NCBI GenBank assembly: GCA_045837725.1
Contig: JBEWZL010000076.1
Coordinates: 62,001-126,000, forward strand
Origin: Vermamoeba vermiformis
Lineage: Eukaryota
Direction: 5' to 3'
Length of the DNA: 64,000 nucleotides
Part shown: positions 38,504 through 49,760 of the stretch, in pieces
Numbering within the stretch: the stretch's first letter is position 1
How the letters are laid out: each line of letters starts with the position of its first letter
Notes under the pieces: generated by a model
Database searches by the model: none
What the model was told of the DNA's origin: nothing
The model's input: the letters and a program-made list of their open reading frames with translations, nothing else
Program-made: the position numbers and the translations under genes

Positions 38504-39724
38504 TTAACTATTATCGTCTCGTAAAATTCGATCTATCAGTTGCCTAAACGCGGCTTCGATATTAGAGTTTGTTTTGGCGCTTGTTTCAATAAATTCTGTG
38601 TTATTCTTCGTGGCCCAGTCCTAAGAATAATAAGGTTATTAGATTATATGGCATATTACGATCGTACAAGGTAATAAAAATCAGATCCGGTACACGATCG
38701 TCGTTCAGGTACTATTTTTAACTCTTGAACGAAGAAAATATGCACAAGTATACATATATTAATATTTCGAATATTTACCTTTGCTATCTCTGCGCTGACG
38801 ACTTTCAAGTCAAGATCCGTTTTGTTTCCAACTAGAATCTTTGATACGCCCATGCAACTCTTATTAAGCAGCTCATTCCACTCAGTAGTCGCGGAATTAA
38901 ATGTAGCTATTAAGCAAGTATATTAGAAACCTTTAGGGATTTAACTAAAAAGGTTTTGAAAGTTTGGATCCAAAAAGATTCTCCCGCTTAAAAAATTATA
39001 CTTTACTTAGATAAATACTTACGGTTATTTGTAACGTCATATACTATAAATGCACCGTGTGAGCCGCGCAAATCACCGCCAGTAACTTGAGTAGAATAGA
39101 ATTAGTTTCTTGTTCCGTATCAAAGTAATAAATCGATTGTAACTTACTCTGCCTGAAATTTTCTTGTCCCCTCGTGTCCCACTATGAATATAATATTATT
39201 GATATGATATTGATGCCGTAGGATTAAATCGGTAGCTTTTAAGTGATGTATGACGTGCGATCGACACAATTAAGCAGAAAAAATCTGGTAACGTGGCGAT
39301 CACGAATATATTTACATAGAATACTAATTATAGAGTACTTTTTGCGTATAAAAGGATTATGAGTAAAACTGTAATTTTCATTTCACAAATTAAATTAAAA
39401 AATCAGATGGAAGCACAACAAGCCGCCAAAATTACTTACTATAATTAATTTGACCTTATCTCCTTTATGTTCTATTACTTTCTCCAAAAACTCCTCGTTT
39501 GTTTTGACTTTAGCATTTTCTACAAACGTGTCTTCAACAAATCTAAGCAGTATTGATGTTTTTCCGACATTAGCATCGCCAATAATACATATTTTAAATA
39601 TGTGATCGACTCTATCTGCGTCATCGCCGTTTGTTTGAGGCTGCTTGGTTGGATTGCCTTGCCCGCCACTCGTCGGAGGTGTGTCCGGCTTTTTGGGCTT
39701 GTTTTTTGAGCCTTTACCTCCCAT
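38504..39724 (-). CDS. Divergent Rab-like GTPase with N-myristoylation motif and no C-terminal Cys
   Basis: MGGKGSK; DHIFKICIIGDANVGKTS, WDTRGQE, IVYDVTN, LVGNKTD, ETSAK; ends LIDRILRDDNS*. Confidence 0.88.
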
Positions 39725-40000
39725 TAATGCTAGGTGAATTGATTTCTATTGTTACGCGAAATCAATCCTATTGTGGTGATAGGTTTAGTTGACGATCCAA
39801 AAATAACTCGTAGCGAAATACAACAGAGTGAATTTATTAAGGCTGGCGACCCTTGTTATATAAATAAATAAGCAACACACTGATAATCCTTTGTTCAATC
39901 ACAGAGGCTTGGCGTACGATCCATTGCTGTGTTCGGAGAAAAAATCCCGTTTTTGATTACTTATCGAAAATTTGTATATAAGAACACTAGTGTCTGTATT

Positions 40001-41934
40001 ATGGCTGAGGAAAAGCAATGGCGTAAGCAGATCAGCTGATCTTCCGTAGATGACTTTTCTAATCGATAATTAGCGTTTACTTTTCAATGCGGACGTGTGC
40101 AAGGTACCGCTAAAAAAACAAAAAATCCAGAGTGGACTCTTCATCAGGTAAATTAACTGTTTCGCGCCTTGAAGACAGATTTGCTCTCCAGGAAAATTTG
40201 AACACGAATTTTATTTTATTATAATTCAATATTTATCGCATTAAAATAATATGAATTACGCCATATTTATCCAATTTTAATTTTTAGGGCAAAGACAGTC
40301 GATTATGGAAGAAACGAATTAATTTTGACCAATCATTCCAACAAACACCCGCAGTAGTCACAGGCCTTTCATTATTAGATATAGTAACAGACGATGATAT
40401 AAGGTAATCGTTATAATCAAGATTTTCGTCCAACATTCGCTGATCAAATCCGCAGAGCGAACGTTGAGGCCGACAATATTTCAGCTGACGGCTTTGATAT
40501 TAAGGTAATCATAGCGCATTATTTTTAATATTTATACCAAGTACTAAAATTATTCTAAGATTACAACGTGGGGCGATACTAAACTGTGGTCCATTACTGC
40601 CACGTGGTTCGCTTACGAAAAAATTCCCGCGTCAGTTCAAGGCACTATGCTGCACAGTGGTCGCGTGGCCTTTAATAGGAAACTGAAGGGTTATGACCTC
40701 GACGAAGGAAGTCAAGAGCGATCTATCGTGCAAAGTGTCAAGTACCCCGTCAAATTCAACACGACGCCTAATGTAGTCCTTGGCTTCTGTCTCGTTGATC
40801 ACCTCAACGACGCTGATTGGTGAGTCAAAAAACTCCGTGGAAATAATAAGCACGTGATTGTTAACGAGTCGAATTTAGCCGCATGAAAGTTAAGGCTGAA
40901 AACGTGACGAATCAAGGGTTCGATGTACGATTGACAACATGGTCAGGTACGTATCAGGCATATAGTTATAGGGAGTATTAATATAATATGGCTTGCACCG
41001 TGTAGACAGTCACGTGTGGTCAGCGTCGGTGTGTTGGATAGCTGTTGACGGCGCATTGACACGATCGGCTGGCGGTAGAATTCAAACCGGTCAACATTTG
41101 TTCAAACAAGCACATCCTGGTTATCAACTGCACAAGGGCGAAGGTACAATCTTGGAACTATTCTTAAGGCCAGTTAACTAATGTTGATGACCCTAGGCTC
41201 GCGAGTATTGGCTGAGCACATCATATTTGCAAAGCCATTCACAAGTCACGTGAAAAAAGAAAATATTATCACGTTCTTGAGCGGAATGGACATTTGTGTT
41301 GAAGAAGAACGCGACTTAAGGTAAGGATCTACGGCTAAATTCCTTTCGCCAAAGGAGCTAACTAAATATTATAGAGTGTCTGTGGAGCCACAAAATCCTA
41401 CCGCGCAAGGCTTTGAGTTGAAATTATCAACGTGGAACGATTCGCGTGTAAACAGCACAGCAGCTGATTGGCTCGCTTTTGGCGACGGTGAAGCAGTTCG
41501 TAAGTACCCAGAAGGTGTATCAATCCTTTGAAAGCGTGACTGACATGACCTTTTGTATAGCTATACCCGTCAGTAATAATAACAACAATAATAAGAATGA
41601 CGACGATGTGCCGGGGCACGCAGCGAAAAAACAGAAAAATTCAGATGAGAAAGCGACTGTGACGAAAGAAGACGATGAATGTAAAATATGCTATGAGAAT
41701 AATATCAATACTGTTATTGTGCCTTGGTAAGTCCACCAAATCCGTTCGAGAAGGAGATCGACAAAAAAAATCGTCCTTTAAATTTTAGTTAGCTCGAGTA
41801 CTAATTGCTCTATTTTAAGCGGTCATATGTGCGTCTGCAACGATTGTAGTAAGATGCTTATGGCTAGCCAAAAAGCCTCGTGTCCGATCTGCAACCAGAA
41901 GATTCAGCAGATCATCAAAACGTACTCGACTTAA
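40001..41934 (+). CDS. Three H-type lectin domains + C-terminal C3HC4 RING finger
   Basis: Three repeats of I/VxF..F...PxV..G...lD....R..V...N....GF.....TWxD......xWxA; then CKICYENNINTVIVPCGHMCVCNDC...CPIC. The first tiny exons are uncertain. Confidence 0.85.
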
Positions 41935-42080
41935 CCACATCTTATGTTAATATCCGCTTTTTTTCTTGTAATAAATAATTGCTTCTTTTTTTGTAGCAGA
42001 ATCAGGACAAACGAAACTTCGAACCAGCCAAAAAAATTCTCAGTTTTTTTCAGTCAAACGTACCGGAGTGTCGACCACAA

Positions 42081-43063
42081 ATGGAGCACCCTCTACGCGA
42101 AGTGCCAATTGAATATGCTATTACGCATGATATTCAGCTGATCGAGCACTCACAGCCGAAGAGAAAACAGATCCTAATGCCGGATGGGCTCAAGATTCAA
42201 GGTCAAAATATTCTGCGACATGTGCTAGGCCCTGATTGCGACATTAAAAACTACAAACTCTATCGACATGCCTTTGCCACTCGCATTAGCAAGTTGGCGA
42301 TTCAGAGAGTAGATCTTAAGCAACAGATGGACGTACAAACCCTGCTTAAATCTGCTTTTATTATTGTAGTACCATATGGTAAGTTCTAGTACTATGCAAT
42401 TTACAGATAGATGCTAATCGCCTCCAGATTCCACCAGCCTTATAACAAAATCAGAAGCCCGCGAGGATCCAACCCTTTTGCAGGAGAAGCAGTGTGCGCA
42501 GCAAACAGGTAATAAATACAATGAATATTAGCAAGGTATTGAATTTATTATGCGGTACAATAGTCGAGGTGACTACTTCCAAGAAAAATGGAACGTCGGG
42601 TGCAAAACCGGATCAAGCCGTTACACTACCACAGAAGCAAGCTGAGCTCAACGAGAATACCGTTATTGTGGACAAATGTCCCCCACCTATCCACGAAGAG
42701 AATATTTCCGTTCATCAGTTCTTAGCACTCCTCAAACAGGCCTCGTCAACTTGTTCTTCGCTGGATCCGTCCCAGCACTGCTCAACACGCGGTCGTTGTT
42801 CTCTATGCAACAACAAGTCAGTGCCTGTGGTTAACGTAGGCTGCAATTGCTCGCTTTGCATTTCCTGTGCCCTCTTTCGAGTTCATATGGCGGATCGGAT
42901 GCACCACGCTTGCAATTGCCGCAAGAATACTTTGCCGTTCTCTCAATGGACTGGTGTCTCTGATGATATGAAACAATCAATTAGACAATTCGCGAAGAAA
43001 GTTCAAACTGATCCGTATGTACACTCACCGTACAATGATTTTGTTGATATTTTGACTCACTAG
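42081..43063 (+). CDS. Unknown protein with a Cys-rich RING-variant domain
   Basis: Three exons join in frame; RCSLC-x11-CNCSLCISC-x14-CNC. Confidence 0.6.
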
Positions 43064-43171
43064 TAGCCTCCTTGTATTATATAGCAGTATCAATTGTAAA
43101 GATAAGACTATTATTTGATTATAATAAAGAGAGAATGATTTATTTACGGGTTTACAAGTGTATTTATATTT

Positions 43172-43281
43172 ATCGTGGGGAAGATCCCACGATTCACAGA
43201 ATTAGGTACGCTCGTGCGTACCATGGCATCAGCGTGCGTACCAGGGATGCACGCTGATACCAATATTACGAGCAAGCTCGT
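43172..43281. other. Cluster of four consecutive GC-rich hairpins in AT-rich intergenic DNA
   Basis: ATCGTGGG/CCCACGAT (43172-93); GGTACGC/GCGTACC (43205-22); TGGCATCAGCGTGCGT/ATGCACGCTGATACCA (43224-62); ACGAGC/GCTCGT (43268-81). Confidence 0.7.
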
Positions 43282-43858
43282 TACATCAATTAAAAGCATT
43301 GTTGATTTTATTACATTTATGAATAAATATGATCTGTTATTAATACTTAGACTGATCTCTCGTTGAAAATGCCAAGACAATTCGTGAAGAAGAATCCCAA
43401 AATTGATTGATTATCTTCAGCTTAGTGCCTAATAATCCGTCTTTATCGTGTATTATCAATTGATAAGGGTGCTAAAGTAATCGTGCTCCATCGCATCTAA
43501 AACCTACCTTGAGAAGTCCCTTCCGCTTGGCCCGAACTCGTCAATTTCTTAATGCTAGAGCACTATACTGATTCCCTTTCTATTTAGTACAATTATACTT
43601 CGTACCTATGCGTTCAAACTGACTGAATCCAGTCGAGTTTACGCACCAACCTCTGGAAAACAGAGGCACGATACGCAATCACCTTAATCATATTTAATTT
43701 CTTTTTGCTTCGTAAACGCGACGTGTTAAAATAGGTCCTGAATAAATCTAGTACAGTTTCAGCATTTTTGTTCGACGTTTCCGGGAGATCTGGCGACTAT
43801 AAAATAGAAACCAGATGGAAATCTTTTCTATTCAATTTTTTACTCATAACGAAACACC

Positions 43859-44102
43859 ATGGCCGACGAAAAAATCGAAAACATCGATCCGCTCTCCATG
43901 AGCCACGAACAGATGAAAACTATGCACGTGCATGATTTGAAAGAGATCCTGAAGTAAGTAATCAAGGTCCGTGTAATATTCATCGGATTAACTCAAGTGC
44001 AGAGACAAAGGTATCGACTACAGGGACTGTATTGAAAAAGACGACCTCATCCGAAAAATCGAAGTCCAAATCCAGCACAAGCCCGGAGTAACTGAGTCTT
44101 AG
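43859..44102 (+). CDS. Small SAP/ARMET-C-like helix-extension-helix protein (about 65 aa)
   Basis: Two exons: ...MHVHDLKEILK|DKGIDYRDCIEKDDLIRKI. Confidence 0.65.
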
Positions 44103-44269
44103 AGATACTGGTGTAATGACTTCGGTGTAGATTTTCCCGATCATACTGTGCGGAATTAGTTTCTTGCAGTAACAATAAAGTTTTTTTATGACAATGCGAA
44201 ATTTCATTGGGTTCAATTTCTTTGCCTGCGGAGCGACAACAGCATTTTAGAAAGAATCAATTGGCAACA

Positions 44270-44494
44270 ATGAGCGATCCTTATCACAAAAAGATGATGT
44301 CGTTGGTAGGCAAGCCCTCAGCAGGCTCGATCTACCACCTGGACGATCCAGCTCTGTCCAGTCGATACACGAAGATGTCAGCAGCTATATTTGGAGGATT
44401 TGGCATTATGTGGGCTGCTTTTTATGGCTACAACACCATAAAGAAGCGAAAGCAATTCGAGAAAAAGATCGAATCTGGTACCCAGAGTAACTAA
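44270..44494 (+). CDS. Small single-TM protein (74 aa), unknown
   Basis: One hydrophobic segment (AAIFGGFGIMWAAFYGY) followed by basic KKRK; AATAAA downstream. Confidence 0.55.
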   Translation: MSDPYHKKMMSLVGKPSAGSIYHLDDPALSSRYTKMSAAIFGGFGIMWAAFYGYNTIKKRKQFEKKIESGTQSN

Positions 44495-45139
44495 CGAACA
44501 CCCATCTATTATTTGTAAATAAATAGGTATTATTATACCTTATTAATCACAATCGGCGAATAATATTTCAGATTTAAGCGATCTAGAAAATAAAAAATTG
44601 ATCGATGAAAAGTCGCGTGACATCGTAATATTTTTTTGCGTGCAGGTTTTATCGTGTAGATTAGCCTGTTATCGAACTCTCATCTCCCTAAAATATTACT
44701 ATCCAAGTTTATCGCTATTCGATTTGCGTTGTGGTATTGATTGAATGTTTCTCAATAATTTAACTCGATTAGAAGGCATTTCCTTGCAGATTATGTTATT
44801 TTTGGATGTGGCTCTTCAACCGAGCAGCACGATAGGTCATTGAGGCCGTCAAGGTACTAGACGAAGAGATTGCCGGACAATCTGTCACCTCAACCGAGTA
44901 CACCACCAAACATTGCCTTGGCAAGAAGAACCAAAAGCGCTGATTTCAAGACCATCTTGATGCCACTCAACGTGAAGCACACGCCTTGCTCATTCGCACC
45001 AAGGCAGTACATTTTCTTGATTTTCGTTATTGGCCATCTTACGCTCGTTGCCATATACAACCATAGCTTTGAATAAGTACTCGTTGAGGTCCACTCCAGC
45101 CACATTATTGACGCGAGCAACACATCCAGATTGAATTTA

Positions 45140-46510
45140 TTAATTTTCAATCGAGTTGATTGCGCCCGCTAACCACGGATGCAACAAAATTTCAGGAATG
45201 GAAATTCTGTCTTGCCTATTTTTCTTTAACATACGTACTATCAAGTCTTTGCCTGTCTCCGACACATTTTTCGGGATCTTTAGCTTGCCTTTGACGATCG
45301 TCTTTTCAGTGTCCTCTTGGTCTTTACCAACGAACGGAAATATGCCAAATATCATAGCATATAGACTAAAGAATAATATTAACGGATTAGATTATTTTTG
45401 TTCGGGATCTGGATGTGCTTACCAAACGCCTAACGACCAAACATCTTCAGGAGGTCCGGAATATGGCTTCTTCTCTATAATAGTAGGACTACAATATGCT
45501 AATGATCCTCTTTTCTCTTTAAACATGACTCCTTCGCTCATTATGCCGCATTGATTGAAATCGCAGATCTTGATAATAAAATTTTTGTCCAATAAGAAAT
45601 TTTCTAGCTTTAAGTCACTATTTAACCACATTAGTATATTATTATAAGCCGCATTATTAGCTTACCGATGCGAGATCCTGTTTGCGTGCAGATCTCTAAC
45701 TCCGATCACCATCTCTTTGAAAAAATGTTTTGCTTCATCCTCGGTTAAATGATCTACAAATAGTTATTAATACACGTATATATAGTATATTCTAATAATT
45801 AGCACTTACTTTTGGCTTTAACGTAGGTAAAAAAATCACCGCGCTCGCACCATTCTAACACGAGATAAACTGTTTCATCATCTTCAAATACGTCTAATAA
45901 TTGTACTACGCGTTTATTGCCTCGCATTTTACTTAAGGCATGTGTCTCATTATGAACCTGACGCATGAGAAATTAACTTAATTTTTCAATTTTTTTTTCG
46001 GATCTGGATCTACTTACCAATTGTCTTACGATCGTTGAAATGATGCCGGATCGTTTTGCGCATACTTTAATAGCTACTTTAATGCCTTTGTTCACATCCT
46101 CGCCTCTATATAAAATAACCGTTACTAACGAATTAAAGGGGTGAAATTTCGTCGCATTAATTAACCCACATCCGACCACTCCGATCACAAAATCAATTGT
46201 AATGATTAAAAACTGGTCTTAATAATAGTACTTACAGCCACAAAGCAGAGTTTGGTGATTCTTCGATTGGTTTATCGCCAATAATTTTGTATGTATTTCC
46301 TAAGAAGGCCTCTCCATTTTTCCTAATAAATATTAACATTAATAAAAATAAATTGATTATTTATTCGTGATTTTTCAAAATAAATGAGAATTCCAACTTG
46401 ATCGGATCTGGAAATACTCACACAACTTTTGCCGAATGCGAGTACTTGACATTCGTATCTTTAAACTTATCTCTGTCGAGAAATATATTGACTGTAGGTG
46501 CTGTGTTCAT
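45140..46510 (-). CDS. CAMK/SNF1-like protein kinase with degenerate motifs
   Basis: VAIK, VLEWCERGDFF, HRDLKLENFLL, ICDFN, RGSLAYCSP, DVWSLGV, EILLHPWL. Confidence 0.88.
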
Positions 46511-46567
46511 GATTATGATTATTTAACAAAAAAACAAGGAAAATTTCTAGCACTTTTACGGATCAGT

Positions 46568-49500
46568 ATGAGCAGCACAAATGCACTCGGAATAATTGTT
46601 CCATACACTATAACAGCTGTATTATATTCAATTTATCGATGGGTTGCATCAAACAAAGCAAAACGGAAGGAATTCAACGATCTGGAATTACAGTTTTCAG
46701 ATGTGCTGCGGCAAATCCAACAAACTACCGCGCCTAATATTAGATCATATTTCATATTCAAGGCTATTAAATTATCCCGCCAATTAGGCACTAGTCTTGG
46801 TAAGCTACAAAATATTGATAATTTTTTTCAATTTCTTTACCGTGAATATCGCGTTTAATTCAATAAATATCGATAAATTAATAATATAAAAAATATTAAT
46901 TGCTAATCACTCTCAAAGGAAATCATCTCGAGGAACTTACTTTGTCACGGCCGATTACGACGAGCCTGGCCAATGACATTGACGCCAATATTACGAAATT
47001 ACATGCAAATACATCACCTTATAAATGTAAGTAGTATTTATCCAAAACAATACTTCTGGATCTAACTTTTTGACAGTTGAAGATCTCGTCAACGCTGATT
47101 TTACGCTAAACTTCGATTTTATTCGAAATGAAATTAGTGATGGTATGTAATTAGCTAATATTATTATAGTACTGGCTACAACTTAATATTTTTTTGAAGT
47201 GTTAAAGGATGTCGTGCCGCAGTGGCAATCAAAACTGGTCCACACAGTCAATGAAGAGCCACAATTCAATACATTGCGCGATAAATTAATCGAAATGATG
47301 CTCGCTATTGATATTCATATGAAAACCATCACTACTAAGGACTTTGAAAATATTCTTGCGAACCAGATCCACATCGATTCAACAGTAAGTAGATCTCACT
47401 TCAAACAAAATCTAATAGCATAATTAATAATTATATATATTGTATATTTCAGCAATTTAATTAATTATTATGATTTATGCTCGGAAATTAATTCAAATTT
47501 TTACCCGTTGTTAGGTACTGCTAAAACTATACCGGTGGTACCAGACAAAGAATTATTTCATCGCAATATCGCAACTAAGCGGGTATACTGAACGGTGGCT
47601 CGGTGATGTGACCTATTCTAGCAATCAGAAAGCTAAAATTCCGAAGAAATTGTCCGAGCTACTCGCACTCCCGGCGCTTCGTAAAATAATTGGAGATTTG
47701 AACGTACGTCATAAATAGCACTAGTATCAATAATAATATGATTAATATGATAGGCCCTGCTCGTTCATATTGTTTTAGGACCACCTCCAGGTCTTAATAC
47801 AAGAAACTTGGTCTGGCACGGTAAGATCGAGATCTGCAAAGATGTCAAAAGCTAATTGCTGACGTGTCATAAATAGGATTCATTAATGAACATGAAGTAC
47901 CTGGCGCTATCATACCGTTCATATTAATGCTACTTATATCAACGGCTAAGCAATTGCCAATTGATTTCAAGTACCAACAACGCGTGCTAGATCTGACCCT
48001 GCCGATTGAAAAGCCAGCAAATTTACTGCATAAGAGTGCTATTAGTAGATTGTTCAATAAGAATAGTGGCATTAAGGACTATGAACAAATTATTCTCAAT
48101 TCAAATTTTGTGTTTCCTGGTCATCGACAGCTGTGGATCCAGGCATTGGAATTATACAACGCTGAAAACTACTATGACTACTTATTAGTAGGATTTCCTA
48201 TTTTGGTAAGTCCCTTGATCGACTTGCAGTAGCGCTAGTGTCTAAATATTTTTGTACCAGGAACAAAGTATACGCCGGATCTGGGTCTCAGTCAACAATA
48301 TTGAAGCTCATTACTTATATGCAGGTATATTATAAATAAGATATATATTATATGACTATTTCATTAACAATTTTTTAAAAGAAACGCATACAATTATGAC
48401 GACAATGGAGGATATTTTGGCCGAACGAGTGGACTTTTGGTACAACGGCCAGCCTGAAGGACCTTATCGCGAGATGATGTTGAATAGGCTGCCTAGTGAA
48501 TTAGGGCGACACATCACTTTGTTGTTGATGGATCTGTTCACCGCTAAACGAAGTCCGAAAATAAGGTACCAAAGACGATTGATACCGTAACGCCGTAAAA
48601 TCTAAAAATTATGTATTAATTCTTGGAATTTTAATTAGAGATTTAATGGCTCACGGCGCTATAAACAACGAAATTGATGTTCGATGGGCTGCAGATCGAG
48701 TTTTTGCCGCGTCAATTTCACTCATAGCCAAATATAACCTTAGTAAGTGCATTATAATTACTATATGACATTGTTAATATTATATTAGGCGACTATAGTA
48801 GTCTTATATCAAAGTCAAGCGAATTCGTTCTAAGTTACAGATCCAAGTTTCATCCGTTTGCGAAAGTTATTGACGAGTTGCGTAATAGCTATATAACCTG
48901 CTTAGAGCTACTAGATAGACATCCAGCAGCTAAATATAGATTACATGCGCACGATAAGATTACTCAGTTCGTCAATAATTGGATCTGGCGAATCCAAGAT
49001 CAACTGCCGCGTCGAATAGTCGGCTGTTTATATGAGGACTTTAACGGCGATGAATGGAAGATCGATCGTTATTGGCGAAATTTCGAGTATCGATTGTATT
49101 ATTCGAACGAAGAAGAGATCGTTATTGAAAGTTTATGCGCGATCTCCGAAGGACTTTCATCGTTCGTTAATACCGTAAGCTAATCAGTATATTAATGTAC
49201 CATATTAAATACTGATTTATTTAATTACGTTAGGTGCTAGGATCATATGTACAGCTCAATACAAAAGTTTATCGAAGAACGGCGTGGAAACAACAACGCA
49301 ATCTATTCAAGAAATTGCAAGACGAAGGTGTTCCTATGACTATACTAATCGCTCAAGTATATGCACTGATTATAGAGGATCAATTGATTCAACTCTGCCT
49401 ATGTAAGAACACATCCACATCCAGTACATCCGGTCAGCTTTCAACAGAATTTTTCGAGAACTGCGTCAAGACTATGGGTATATTAAATACCTCAGTAGCG

Positions 49501-49632
49501 GCAGGACACTTTGGAAAGTTAAAGCCGATCTTGTTAGCTCTTCACGGCATCACAGATGAGACGCAGAGTGTTTTGTCAAGGCGAGAAATGAGCTTGATTA
49601 TGAACGCTTTGAATGTACAAAATAAAAAGTAG
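46568..49632 (+). CDS. ERMARD: ERMARD-like (DUF4209-containing) protein
   Basis: LSELLA..L, GPPPGLNTRNLVWHGFI, MEDILA, LLMDLF...PKIR..MAHG match ERMARD/C6orf70 motifs as recalled. Confidence 0.72.
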
Positions 49633-49760
49633 ACAAATTTGCTCTTAAAGAGAATAGTAACGTGTATATTTGGAACTCCTGAATCACGTGGCGGTTTTTG
49701 CTAACAAAGAGTTGGGATCCGGTATTTCTATTTATTTTAACTATATAGTACCACAACACT

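Noticed and set aside
44790-45130. GC-richer, coding-looking stretch after the kinase stop
   Set aside because: Stops occur in all plausible frames and there is no recognisable motif; it may be UTR or decayed sequence.
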